Source: Ruditapes philippinarum (Eukaryota). Taken from it: 64,000 nucleotides of DNA. Both the position numbers and the translations under genes were made by a program. Of the stretch, positions 27,778 through 42,499 are shown one piece after another. Numbering within the stretch: position 1 is the stretch's first letter; each line of letters starts with the position of its first letter. A model generated the notes under the pieces. It had not been told where the DNA came from, did not search any database, and worked only from the letters and a program-made list of their open reading frames with translations. Location: the NCBI RefSeq assembly GCF_026571515.1, contig NW_026862094.1, positions 62,001-126,000 on the forward strand, read 5' to 3'.

Positions 27778-30700
27778 ATCAATAAATATTTACCCCTATT
27801 AACGATATTTGTTTACCCATATTAACGATATTTTTTAAAGAACATGTAAATATTCCTCTGAAATAGTTATAATTTTGGAAAACGTGTGTGTCATATATTT
27901 TAAGGAACATGTACATATGATCTATTTATCCTAACTACTTATATACATGTATAACATTGTAACTTAAATTAAAACTTTTATATGACACACAAAATTATGA
28001 GTCATTTATAAGCAACTATCTTAAATCCAAATATACTGAGGCTATTTCCTTAACATTGTTGTTAATTCATAGTCATAAATCATAACTTTGTGTAACATTA
28101 TTCATATGCAAAGCAACAGACCCCTTCTTCGCGTATTTAACCGCCAAACCTACCATAAACAATGACAGATGTAACTGATAATTTTCAGGTAAGGCACCTT
28201 TGCGCTGTATTCTCCATCGTAAGAATTATATATATAAATGACTAGACATACGGAATGTCTACACAATATGACCACTCGTTGGAACAGTTTTTCTCCATAG
28301 AAAACGATCAGTTGTAATATTTTTGTCAATAAAAATTTGCGTGTTGAGTTCAAATGTAAACGAACAGTTGTTAAAATGGCTATGTTTGATTCTCGCATTT
28401 TCAATAAACTTTGAATAAAGATACAATTCAACCTTCGTATGGTACATCCAAACTGTGGTTGGCAATCTATTGTTTTTAGCCGGTTGTTTCTTTTATAAAT
28501 TGCAACGTTAGGTGGGACCGATCGCTTGCACCGGAGAACATCTACAATTTATTCTAATAAAGAACAGGTGATATGACAAGACACTAGTATGAATTCATTG
28601 GAAATGAATTTTTCCCAATTGAAATTTGAATTGTTTGTAATGAATTCTTCACCATGATACGTTTTATTTAGTTAAAGATCTGCTGAAATTTGGATTTTAA
28701 TGATTTCGTGCTGCCTGTAGTACATTTTCAATCCCCTTGATTGCTAAACTTTAGCCAGGAATATCTTCCATGTATCACTTACTTCGGCAGTCGACAACAT
28801 TCAATTAAACTTCATTCATAAACTGCATATATTGTGATGGGCAAATTTGGTCAAACTCGACAACTCCAAGTCACTCATGGTAAATAAAGATTTTTTACAT
28901 ACACGTGCCGATTTTGCGACTCCGTGCATATATTTCGATGTAAAATAATCGAATGAAGAATTTAAATTACAGAATTATCACCGTGTATTTATAATTAACA
29001 TAAAAAGTAAAAGTAAAATAAATTATGAATTAATACATGTTATTGTATATACATGTAACATAAATGGGCATTTGACCCAAGAATAGCTTTATTGTTCTCG
29101 TGAATAGAGTATGTGGGAGTCGACTGTGTCCTCCTCTACTCCGTAAAATGTTGTAATAAGTATGTATATCATGATATGGTTTATGCAATAAGGTACAAAC
29201 ATTTTTATTCACTTTCATATCTTCCAAAACAACATGCTTCCAGAGTTGCTTCAATTTTTCAATTCTACCACTAAAACTAAAACTGTGCTCATTATACAAA
29301 TTGGGCAATTTAACAATGCATATTTTCCATATTTCCTTAACCCTAAATATATGGTTTCTTATGTTTTGAATTTTTGATAATTTATTTTATTCATCCGATG
29401 ATATGTCACTTTAAATTAAAAAATATTCAAAACATTATATTGAATATGGATATAAAAATACAACAGTTACATAACAGACATAGGCATTTACATCAAAATC
29501 TACTAAATCTTCAGTGTTTCCCAAAACTATCCTATTTGTGGCCTGTGATGGGAATTTAATTATAACGATATGATTATTGTTACGCCAGAGTACAGATCAG
29601 ATATTTCTCAATGTGTGACACTGTCAAAAGAACCATATAATTGTTAAGTATCATCTATACTTAGTTAAAAATTTTGTGGACAGGGACGTGCCGCAGAAAA
29701 TAATTGTCATTTTAATGAGCTTATAAATACATTTGCGTGACGTAGTTTTGATTCTCGTAACTGTTATATGTATTTGTAAAAAAGTACATGAAGTATATCA
29801 TTACAAATAACTTTGTTGCATTTTCAGAAATTAGAATTATAAGTTCAACCAGACTTTCTGCTGGCATATGCATTATTGTTCGTAAATCGTATGGTTCCCG
29901 ATCTTGTGGAAGCGATGTCATATTCATCACAAATGTTGGCTTATAATGTAGTTACATCCATAGAGACAATAATGTTATGTATAGTACGGTGTCTTGTGAC
30001 TCCGAGCTTATGTTTGAAGTAAGTGGTTTCCCAAAGCACCTTCGAGTAATACAAAATGGTGGCCTATATTCAGTTTTACGTTTTTAAGATTATTTGCTGA
30101 GACGATAGAACGACCTGAGTTTCCTTTATGAGTATTTTATAAGTAGGTTATTGAGTTAAGGATTATAAAGTAGTTTGAAGTATTTAGTCTTTAGCACGCA
30201 CTTGCAAGTGTTGATAATTGAGTACCACTCCAATCGGTGCTAGGGGGCGTATAGAATATTGCATAATTTTATTATCCCTCATGTGCAAAACAAAATCAAA
30301 CCAAGTTTGCAATTTTTATGCAATTTTGTTGCGATTAATGCTTCCGAGGGATCACCCTTTTTCCAGACTTTTATTGTTGTTGTGAAGAGGTAAGTGCTGT
30401 GCAGGGGTCAAACTACATCATATGTTACATCTGTTGATACCTTAACTTTTAAAGTTGTAAAAATGTTGTGAACACAATTTCTGAATGAAGTTTTTATGTT
30501 ATATCTTCTCATTTTAAGAGATATATATTAACCGTAAAATACAGTTTCAGACAAATTACAAAATACAATTTCAGGAAAGTATCTGATTTTATCATATTTG
30601 TGAAGTTAGCGACCTAGAGGCCTAAATTTTTAAAGTTATAGAAATTTTATGAAATTAATTGAAGTAGCAATAAATGAAATTTTAGTATAGTATTTGACAA

Positions 30701-31319
30701 ATTTGTAATAGAAATAAAAGTTATAGAAATTTTGTAAACACAATTTGTACGACTCTTCATGAAGATTTTCCTTACATTTCAAATATCTATAAACAGAAAA
30801 ATCACTTTCAAAAAGTTTTTTAATGCTTTCAATATTTTTGTGATGTTGGTGGCCCAAATTGAAAGGAGGGGGTACCTTTGTCTGTCCTGTTCTATTAGAA
30901 TTGAAGTTGTATTTTGGGAGAATTTTGAAAGTCTTTCATCTTACTAACGGAGATTTTACGTCACGTTCATTATATTGTCGAGGATTTTGTTCATTGTATG
31001 TTTCGCTAATTTGTTTATCCTTTTCAATTTCATTCGTTTCTAATACAACAGTGTGCATTTTATCTCATCTCATCATTTGCTTGCGATAGAGCAATTAAAT
31101 TAAACTAAAACTCGAACATAAACTAGAGCATGGAAAGCATATTTCATCATCGGTAACTCTGTACACACTCAGTTATATGGTAAATAAAGGACAAACAACA
31201 AGTATATGCTTGATTAATATAATTAAAACTTTACAATGTTGACATATCTATCGTAAATCATGTTTATTCCGGCGTTGATAGTGTGTATCACTGTCCTTTT
31301 TCTCATCCATATGATCTCA

Positions 31320-34300
31320 TTAGGGCGCAACTAAAAATAACATACGACAATGTTTAAAGGTCATACAAAAGTTGTGTTATTCATTAGCATAGTTAATATG
31401 ATTTTAGGGCAGACGCATTCTTTTACTTGAGGAACATACGCCTCTTTTCATGGAATACTAGTAGTACTGACGTGTCACATTGAAGGTTCTATGATAACTG
31501 TCATATGAACACATATGCAGATATTTAATTTATCTATTTATCAAATTTACCATATGCAGGGGGCGTGGACGGAAACTTGCAATTGTCATTACTGTCCACG
31601 AACAAGCATAATCGAAATGAGCCTGCAACATTTTCAATTTTCTTGTTTTGTGCGTTCTACATGGATTCTAAATTTCTCTCTAATTAACATCGGTAGAGCG
31701 TGTTTGTGCGAATTAATGCAACATTAAACGTACAACCGCTTCACAACTTGATCTTACCTTAGCATTTGAGATTTATTCAAATTACACCAGCTATACCCAT
31801 TATGATTTCTTTGTAAATATATTCAAAAGGTTTCTTACTTGTAGGAGAACGTTGACAGAAATAGAATTTTAGACTAGCACAGTAGTAGTCATTCCATTTC
31901 TTAGTGGCTGACATTTCAACACAATCTTCCTCTCCAGTTCCTGCGCCATTATTTGGTTCATTTGTGTTCCAATTTGTATAACTGACAGGTTGTTGCGATC
32001 CGTCCCATTTGAATGTATTTTCAGTTTCAAGATCATTCAATCCGATCCAAGCTGTGTCACCATTTCCTTAAAAATGTTTTTATGTATTTATTTAGAAACT
32101 CTTATTAACTTACAGCTAGAAGTCCTTTGTCAACAACTTTTAAAATAAAATCGTTCGTACTTGAGCTTTGCAGATTTATAGTCATCATTCAAAAAAAAAA
32201 TCTGAGTTATTGCCTCACCTTTCAATGTGTCAAGATAGTTGTTAACAGCTTCGCTGTCGGCTTGCGCAAGAGTACCACCGTCTTGAGCGCATTTGGTCTA
32301 GAAAATAAATACTTAAATGAATTATCGTCAACAAATTTTAAGGTTAGTAGTATCATGTTATTTAAAGAAATATTGTTTCCAGAGTGTTACAATATATAAT
32401 CGTATAAAATGTAACATAACAGGGACTTCACACGTAAACTTTTATTGTTGACGTCATTACAGTCATTATATTCATGTCAACATACTCTTAACTGTCAACG
32501 ATTTTGTAAAGTGTTCCTGTCATATGTAAACTTTGGCTACTTACCTTTAGTATTTGAAGCATAATATATATAACATTAAATTTGGAAGGATAATTTGAAA
32601 TACTGATCAAACAAAAGATGAACAAGATGTAATATTTTCATCAAACATAAATACATATTAATATTGTCGTAAGCACAATAAATTATGAATTAGAAACGTC
32701 CATGTTTAAATATCTGGGGTGGGGGTTATCAATGACATAAATCAATGGGAAAACATTGTAATAACTAGTTAGTGGCTTCTTTATTGTGCCACCAATACAA
32801 AAATATTATTTGATTTCCATACAAAATACTAAATCACTATAAATGTTCGTATTCTTAAAACATCAAAAGCAAAAGTAATCGTACAGGCAAGTTGCCAATG
32901 AGTTATGTTTTGGAAAAAATAACTTAACATCAAACATAGAATGCTTTCGGGTAATATCAGCTTTTCAGAGGCATATGCGGCATTAAGAATTTATGCAGAA
33001 AAAAGATAATGGTATTGACAATGTAGCATTTATTTTAAATGTAAGTATAAACATAATTGTAACGTACTGAAGTGATATAAAATTAAGATGCAATTCATTA
33101 AATAACGATAATAACCTATTTAATTATACCAGCCTGTCCGGGTATTACTTCAATGCACACAAACATATATTAGCCGTGTCACGACAAAACCAACATAGTG
33201 CGTTTGCGACCAGCATAGATCCAGACCAGCCCGCGCATCCGCGCAGTCTGATCAGGATCCATGCTGTTCGCTATCAGTTTCTCTACTTGTAATAGGGTTT
33301 GTAAGCGAACAGCATGGATCCATATCTGACTGCAGGTGCGCAGGCTGGTCTGGAGCCATGCTGGTCGCAAACGCACTATGTGGTTTTGTCGTGACACGGC
33401 TCATATTATTATAAACGAGAATCTAGACAGTAGCTAATACATCTGTGTGATATCGTAGATCAGAAGAATTAAAATTTGCCATATACGAGTAAATGATTTA
33501 TGTGTTACTTTTGCGGTCGACCAGTTCACTGTCTCCCCATTTTTGAATATATAACAACGACCATTTGACAAGCTCCAACCACTAGGACATGATTCTACAA
33601 TGAGGAGGGAAACAAATCATAAGATTGGTGTTTAATAAATTTATGCCCTCTTTGTATCACCTTTTTTTTATAAATGTATCAGAAATTTGTACATGATTAT
33701 TAAAAACTAGCATTGTAAAATGTTTGCAATTTTTGAAGATAATTACACGATTCAAAATCACTAACTGACGGTCCGTCGCTATTTTCCCCGCATCATGAAA
33801 TCCTTGAAAATATCATTTCATATTAAATGTATCTAACATTTGTGACGTTTTTCGTTAAAGACAGTGGAAGATCATTTTTAGCAACAACAAAGTATAAAAA
33901 CATGTCAATACAAAGCAAACTAAAATATAAAAAAGATTATCAATAACACGAGAACACACATGTATACATATATATGTAAAATAAAAGACAGCCATTGATC
34001 AAAGAAGTCACTCAAAGGTGCACCGCATCCTTTCTGTCTTCTTCTCCCTGTCTGACTCTTTGTCTTGTGAAGCAAATCAATTTTCGAAATTGATTAATAA
34101 TTTACATACAAGGACCATTCGGAACATGGTGCATATTTTGTGATCGAACATTTCCTTATTGTCCTTATTGTCCAGCAATAAATTGCTATATTCCTTATAA
34201 TACTTACGCTCACAATTACTGCCTGCAAATTGGCTAGTACAGGTACATGTATAACTGCCAGATTGACTTGTGCACGTGCCTCCATTCTTACAAGGGCTTT

Positions 34301-37300
34301 CTGTGCAGGGATCATCCGTGACGGCTTATAAAAGAAAGAAAAAATACGACTTTATTATGTTTTACAGAAAAAGAATAAAGAATATCTGGCACGTTTCTTT
34401 TTTTGATCATTTCGTGATTGAAAACATTTGACAAGATACAGTGGCAGTTGTGTAATTACGTGATACAACCACACTCATTCATACTTTCCGTTTTCATTCA
34501 TTTCCAACATTAGTGTCGTCTGAATTTTCATCGCAGTCTATGATCTATTTTGTTATATTTGCAACATGAAAAAGATCATCTTACATTCTTACATCAATTC
34601 AAATGAATGCTTGAGATGGTCATAGTTCGGTATCGATCAAAAATCATGTCATTGTAACAAGTATATGATGAATTATATGTATAACAGTTGTAGCTAAGGT
34701 TTACATTGTCATTGGCTGATAACTTTTATGTGATTACCTCGAAAAGGACTTGTGACCAGTCACTGTTAACATTAGTTCAATCTTGATTTTTTTGTATTTT
34801 TAAGTCTCTTTTCCATTCATCAGTTCCCATGATAATTAATATATTTATCTGCAATTACAAAATGTATATTGTTTGTACAGACCTTTCTCACAAATGTAGT
34901 TAGAACTCGTAGTGCAGTCAAGTTGACTCCATAACCCGTTACTTTGGTCAAACTTGTAGCAGTAAACATTTGAAAATCCGGTACCCGAACCCCCTACCCA
35001 ATTTCTGTAGTTGTATAGAGTGCCGGATGTTACCCAATAGAAAGTGTCCTCGTCATTGTGCCACTTAAGTCCAAACCAAACACCCGTCGTTAATGTTGTA
35101 ACTTAAAGGAATTGAACATACTACTGTTAAATGATATATAATGAAAGTTTGTTAATGATATATGTTAGGATGTTTCTCATATAAATGTGCTATTAGATGA
35201 TACATAATGTTAGTTTGTAAATGATATATGTTAGGATGTTCCTCATACAAATGTGCTGTTAAATGCTGTATAATGTAAGTTTGTAAACTATATATGTTAG
35301 GATGTTTCTCATACAAATGTTCATTTAAACTATTACCAACAATCAACTTACGTTTCCATCTTTATTTATGTTTTCTAACATGTTTAAAAGTTCTATAATT
35401 CTTCTTGATAAGTTTAATCGTGGTAATTTCTGCATTTATCACTTACGTGTATTTATGCTATAGAGCTATAGGGTTTTCCTTCACATTTTTATGTGTATAT
35501 TTTATAATTAAGGTCGTTTCGATTGTGCAAATTGCTAACTTTCTTGTAGATGTAAAGAAGCAAATCTATAGTGAAAATGTTATGTATATTTAACACAAAA
35601 ATGCATATAATTGTTACCATTTTACATACTCTTTGTCAATTATCATGTAAATGTAATGCTTATAAATATTATATATATATTATCGCTGAATGTAGTCATA
35701 AACCACCTCCTGTATCTATTTTATAGGGTGCAATTCTCGACATTTTTTTTGTGACTGAGCTTTGTGAATTCCAATGTTCAGATGTACGATGGAACATTTT
35801 TAATTACCGTTGAGATAATATGTTTAAAGCTTTTCGTTATCCATCAAGGTTATTCAAATAAAAAATATTACAAATTCTTTCAAAATAAGAATCAGGATTA
35901 TATATACAGTAGATTGATATTCACTTGAAACCAATGAAAAAGAAATACCGTTACAAACGGTATAAAATATTTTACGTTTAGATAAATTTTAGACGGACAC
36001 ATACTTGCGCTACCGGTCGTCTGCAGAAATGAATTCTCCTCGGCATTGATTATTTCTGCTAGATAAGCACTCTCGTCTGCTACACATGCAAGCTGCAAAC
36101 CATCAATAAATAGGTGGATATGCATGGAATGTGGTCAAATGTGTGATAAAATTATATGTTATGTGATTATGTTAAAATATTTTCAATAGGACACCGAGAT
36201 AAAGCTATTAATCATGCTTAAAACTGTGAATGGTAATAACATAAGGCAAATGATTATATAGAATCCTGAAATGTGATAAGAAGTCTGTAAATTACATATA
36301 GATAACCAAATATTAAGATAACAGAAAATAACAAGTAAAGTCATACCTTAGCTGCGTCCCAAGTTTTAGTATTTGAACTGAATTTGTAGCATTTTCTTCC
36401 ATAGTGAGACCAACCTGGCTGACAATAGCCTGATGCTAAAGTAAAAAAAGAACGAAAAATAATTCGTTACTGCAAATAATAAATAGTGTTTAGTAAACTG
36501 TGGTACCTCCAAAATGAAATCTTATTATGAGAGATGAGCAACTTGTAGAAAGTTCGATCATATTAGGGGTATACATTGGAACTTTTCGGCAAATTAACTT
36601 AAAAGTATCTCGTCCGGCTACAAGACAATCAATGCTATAAACATTAGCATAAACGTGATACACACGCGATTTATATGTACATTTGCATTTTTGAATAAGT
36701 TTTCTTTCTTATTGATGAATTGTAATAATAGTAATATAAAAGCAATTTTTAAAAATATAATAAAAGTGTTGTTTGATTATACACAACCTGTTATGTTGAT
36801 TAAATATACTGCAAAAATAAAGAAAGTAAAACCAACAACAACAGTAAGACTTGAACCTCAGACCTCTCCCATTTAAGGCAATCACTGAACCAACTATGTT
36901 AATGCGGATGTGATGATTACACTTAGAGCAAGTCATGAATTATTAATATTTGATATTAATTCTCCAGTGGAATCGGATATTTAAATGAGTGCTATAATGT
37001 TTTCATATTTGGCAGATCAATTTAATCACACTATACCTGAAACAAGATTATTACATGCATGTTATAATATATTCAACAGATTATAACTTACTCTCACAAC
37101 TTTTTCCTTCGAAACCAGATTGGCAATTACACGTATAATCAGCTCCATTAACAATGCATGTACCTTCATTTTGGCAAGGATTGGGGAAACATGGGTCGTC
37201 TGCCGCTTCTAAAATATGAAAAAAAAAATAGTTAATTCCTTTCTTTTATTTTCAAAACTTTGTTTAAGTTTTTTGTACCATTTGATGTGGGTCTATATCA

Positions 37301-40300
37301 TTAAGTAATGTGCCAATTTTCAGATCATTCGCTCACTTCATCTTTTCAAGTATAAACATTTTTATCCTGCAAAGCGGCATAAATTTAGAAGCATTTAAAC
37401 CGATTTAAACTAAAATCGGGATGAGAATCGCACATAGTATCAAATTTCATTTTTAATTCTGCTCTGTGTTTATTTATATATTATCTTTTCATATTTTCCG
37501 TTTAAAGTACCCCAGTTATGTAACATTTTAATTGTAAGTCTTTTTTGCCTTTTTTGCCTTTTTGTGATGTTACAATTCATTCATTTTGTCTTGAACAATT
37601 TTACAAGAAATTGATTCAATTAATCGGCTTCATGACAGAAATGAAAACACGGGAAAGGTGTGTGCTTGTGCGTGCGAGCGTGTGCGCGCATGTGTGTGTA
37701 TGTGTGGAATACTTATGTAAAATACACTTGGAGTATTTATTGAAATGCAAAACAAGTAACGGGTTGTAAACATACCTTTTTCACAAATGTAGTTAGAACT
37801 CGTAGAGCAGTCAAGTTGACTCCATAACCCGTTACTTTGGTCAAACTTGTAGCAGTAAACATTTGAAAATCCGGTACCCCAACCCCCTAACCAATTTCGG
37901 TAGGAATATAGAGTGCCGGATGTTACCCAGTAGAAAGTGTCCTCGTCATTGTGCCACTTAAGTCCAAACCAAACACCCGTTGTTAATGTTGTAACTTAAA
38001 GAAAATAAATACAAATATACACTTATGAGATGATATTAATATTCATATGTATATTTTATTCTATCTATCTAAACTTTAATGGTTAAATAACTAATTAATA
38101 TTATCACCTGAATTCTACGTACGATATACAAAACTTATAAGCTCTACTTTTCAATCGGGATGACCCTTTCCTTGGGTCGACTATGATTGTAGTTCACATT
38201 TTCTTTAATAAGATCAATTTTTGAGGAAAATTGAAGTACTATTGCCTTCTTGTTTATTATTAACATATAAAGCCATACCACAAGTGAAGATATTTCAAAA
38301 ATAACATTATGCTTTGCACTGTTTTGGCTTACTTTTTATGCAGTAGTTAATCAATTTGTTAATGGTGATTTCTTACAAGAATAAAAGGTATTACCTTCAA
38401 ATTTGTTTCTTGTTTGCTATCAAAATTTAAATTAATTTCAAAAGAGCAGATTACTTCACCTCAGACATAAAATGCTTATCAACTTGGTTTACGTGTCAAC
38501 TCTGCATTTTTGCAGAAATGTAAAGCAAAATGTCCGAGGTCTTGTGTAACCCAAACAATATACTTACTCTTTTCCCCAGTATATTCAAGAAAGTTATTTT
38601 CATTTGCGCTATAGATTTCTGCCAGATATCCACTGTAATCATTCACACATGAAGTCTATAAAAAAGTGTATAAAAAAAGAAGCAAAGAATTGATTGTTGT
38701 CGTATCAAAATGTCTAATTGTAACGAATATCTTTGATAGCAACAAAGAAATAAGGGATTTATCAAAATTCATGGATATAATTAAATCAAATATCAAATGC
38801 CTTTGAATTCGGAATTCATACCATTTTTATCACATAGCAGTACCATAAAAACGATATTGCACGATGTATGTGTAAGTGTTATACTATTTCATGCATAAGC
38901 CTGAGCTCTAAATGAACTTCACTGAGGTGTTTGACATGACGGGCCAAGAAATAACTTTTCAAGATTTGTGTTCCGTTTGCTAGAAAAGATGTGTGTAAAG
39001 AATCACTCGGAGGTTCCTAATAACTTCTTTAGTTGCAAAACACGACCTAATATGCAAAAGCTTTGCAACACTTTTCGCTTAAATCGGTCTAAGAACGGCA
39101 CAAAAAATACGATTTTCAAAGTTTTCTTAGTATATTTCTTAATTATCGTTTGCATACCTGTCAGTTTTAAGTGCTCCAGCTGTGTTATGTAAGAAATCAA
39201 ATTTTAACCTTCGCAAAGTATCATTGTCAAATCTATTGAAATGATGTTATGTCGCTAGAGATTCGTACTATTTGATTTCAGTCAAGAAAAAATTCGTATA
39301 AATAGTTTAATGTCCTCTTTATATTTAAAAACACAAGTATTCATTGATGCCAGTCTTTTGTCGCAATACCCGATTTTATAGTTACATGTATGTTAGACTT
39401 ACTTTAGCTGCTTCCCAGGTTTTCTTGCTGGAGCTGAATAGGAAGCATTTGTCACCATAAATATGCCATCCTGTACTACATTGTCCTGTACCTGCAAACA
39501 AGTTATACAAAATGCATCATTACAACACGTTTCAATATGATTTTAATTAACATGTTTAAACATTATCAAAAAAATATCATTATTATCAGAAATAATCAAG
39601 TTGAAATAACATATTGAGAAATGTCATTCATAGTACAATAGACTACCAGTACTCATATTCTTAGTTTACCTGGCATCAAGTTATATATTAAAACTAAATT
39701 TGAACACAGCTTTGAAAATAGAGTACCGCTCTAAAAATTGAGTACCATTCAAAAATTGAGTACCGCTCAAGGTGCTGCTAGAGGGCATGAGGGATGTTGC
39801 ACTTATTCATTATCCCTTAATTACAAACCCAAAACAAATCAGGTCCGTAAATTTATGTTATTTTGCTGTTATTAATGCTTCCGAGTGAGCATCCACTCTT
39901 GTTTTTGTTGAATGCTACAGAAGAACCTTGTTTAACTTTGGTCGTATGTTTTAGGATTTTTTTTTTATGTTTTTATTATTTTTGTTGTTGTTGTTGTTTT
40001 TTTTATTTCAATTTTGTCATAAATTATCCAAAAATATACAATTTTATGGGATAAAGAATTTCACTTAATGATACAAATTGCTTACTGTCACAATCTCTTC
40101 CTCTGAATTGACTTGTACAGCTGCACGTGTAATCTGTACCATCAACCGTGCATGTACCACCATTCTGGCACGGGTTTGGATCGCACGGACCTAACAGAAA
40201 ATAATCTCACTTATTTTAAAACAAGTAAGGAATGCTTATATACGATTTTTTTCATTCGTTATATACATATATAAACATTATATTTTATTATGTAATTTTT

Positions 40301-42499
40301 CGCGTCTTCTTCCCCTCATCGTATTAAAGTGCATAAAGCTATATATCTGCTGCAAAAATCATTGTTTGAATTTTGAAAAAAGAATACTTCCAAAATGCTT
40401 GTATAAAATACATATGGTAGTTAATTACCTTAAAAAATGGATGGAACATGTACAAATCATTGCTGAACAGAAAAAAAATCTATCAAAATAGCAAAATAAT
40501 ATTTTGTTCCGGAATAGTTTATTCTGTTTATGAACATTATCCATGTGTATGATATTCTATGTTGGGAATCAACCATACAATAATGGAACCAATATAATTT
40601 TATTGTTGATACAATTCATAAAAATATTTCATTCTCTATAGATTTATACCCTTTAATGTTTTAAAATTTCACCATTCTGTCCACCGTCGTATGATGAATG
40701 TATCTACATAGTTTATTTATTGTTACAAATGATAAAAAAATTCTGTACAGTTTAACAGTCCCCACAGTCTGTTCGTGGTTTTGGTTAAAATTACAGAATT
40801 TGACTAGCTAGTTCTTATCGTAAATACTGTCGTATATTAACAGATTCCAGTAAAAAGTTAGATTTTTTTCTCAAAATTGTTATTTTAACAACACAGAAAT
40901 AAAACAACAATATCAAGTTTGAATAGATAAAAAGTAAACTTACCTGTCTGCCGTTTATGACGACGACCATCTGTGCTCTTTAAACCTACAGTTTAAATAA
41001 TATAGGTTAAAAGTCTTAAAAAAAGAAAACCACGATGAATAAAGATATCATAACATTTCTTTTAGATGAACAAATCTTAATTTGAATTGAAATATAAACA
41101 TATAAGCTGTTATTATAACATTTTGAAGCATTCTGTATACCAATTTCTTATTTACGTAAGACCAAGTCTTAAGGACACGCACGGTAACTTGCATGAGCTA
41201 CTGTTGCACATGAAAAAAAATCAATTCAGTCAAACTGATATTTTAGCATTTCAATACTGCAGTATTTTTGCCGCCTTGAAAATCCTCATTTTTTTCTTTT
41301 TTTGTTGTGTCTTAATCTGAGATGTGGTTTATTGTACATGTATTCCTAGTATTACACTCAATAACACACAAATTTGACTTTTTAAAAGAAAACTAGAAAT
41401 TTAATATAAAATTATATTTTAGAAATATTTAAACATCATTTCTATTGTAATATTATAACATTTTATATCCATAAGTCAAACAGTATGTGTTTTTATGATT
41501 CAATTGAATGACGCATACATTTATTTCATAATTCATGCATAGGAACGTTAAATATGACACTGATTAATTGTAGTTTATTTGACAATAATGCGCGTATAAA
41601 AATGAAAATACACAATGTGTGTTAGAATTACTATTTTATTTTCAAAGACATAACTTCCTGTATTCTTATTTAGCTTTAATTGATTTATTTTTGTCAGTAA
41701 GATATTATTTAATGTGGATTTTTTTCACTAAAAATTACTCACTAAGCCAGATATAAGCTTAAGTCCGGAATTATTTCCGGTTTTCACTGAATTACAATTA
41801 TATAAGACAATAATATATTTTAAGCACATATCTAGTTTCAAGTTCCACCTTGGGCCGTTGACGAATATTTTAAATGAATAATTTAGATCAGTTGAGGCCC
41901 CAAATGCGACACGTCTAAAGACATTTGTGTACAAAATATATTGTACGTATGTGAAAAGAGTTTTGGTTTCGTCGAAAACAGTTCAATAAAATACGTAGGA
42001 CATACTGAAAATAAAAAGCGTTTTCAAATATCAAGAGATTCGAGTCAATCAGTAATAAGAATGATATTTACATATGTTAACATTACCTATGTCATTGTAT
42101 ATATTGATGATCTATTAATGTATAGGAATGATAGTGTCGATATTAATTAAGACAGGCGTTATGTGTTTACTATGCACGGTGTCATGTGATAAAATAGTTA
42201 TGATGCAGGCATTAACACATCGCATTACTGTGAAATTTCTTCACGAAGTGAATTAAGATTTCTGAACGAATTGAATCTAAAGTTCTGAAAGAATTTAATT
42301 TAAATTTCTTTACGAATTTACTTTGAATTTCTTTACGAATTGAAATTAGATTTATTAACATTTATATTAGAGTTTTTTTCTGACTTAATGATGAAGATTT
42401 AATAAAGAACTGAATCTAAATTTATAAACAATTAAGTTTAAACTAATACTTACAAAGGCACACATATATTCCAATGACAACAATATGTCTTAGATTCAT
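31320..42499 (-). CDS. Secreted multidomain lectin: signal peptide, RHKR, (EGF + C-type lectin domain) x3, ~564 aa, 16 exons
   Basis: Exons 42454-42499, 40944-40985, 40086-40190 (EGF1), 39403-39491, 38568-38655, 37776-37994, 37092-37208 (EGF2), 36347-36435, 36005-36092, 34883-35101, 34208-34324 (EGF3), 33509-33594, 32219-32297, 31839-32066, 31551-31622, 31320-31330. All GT-AG, phases consistent, no internal stops. EGF pattern [14 protein letters not shown]; CTLD3 has WIGL, EPN and WND. First and last two exons are less certain. Confidence 0.88.
33171..33402. mobile_element. Palindromic MITE (Sola-like, GAG...CTC ends), copy 1, in lectin intron
   Basis: TIR (G)AGCCGTGTCACGACAAAACC with long inverted arms; ATAT on both flanks. 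Confidence 0.8.
35125..35330. repeat. 66-bp tandem repeat, ~3 copies, intronic
   Basis: TATGTTAGGATG recurs at 35161, 35227 and 35293. Confidence 0.85.

Noticed and set aside
38909-39325. Possible further Kolobok-like MITEs (also 44259-44600)
   Set aside because: Termini are too degenerate to define TIRs and TSDs reliably.
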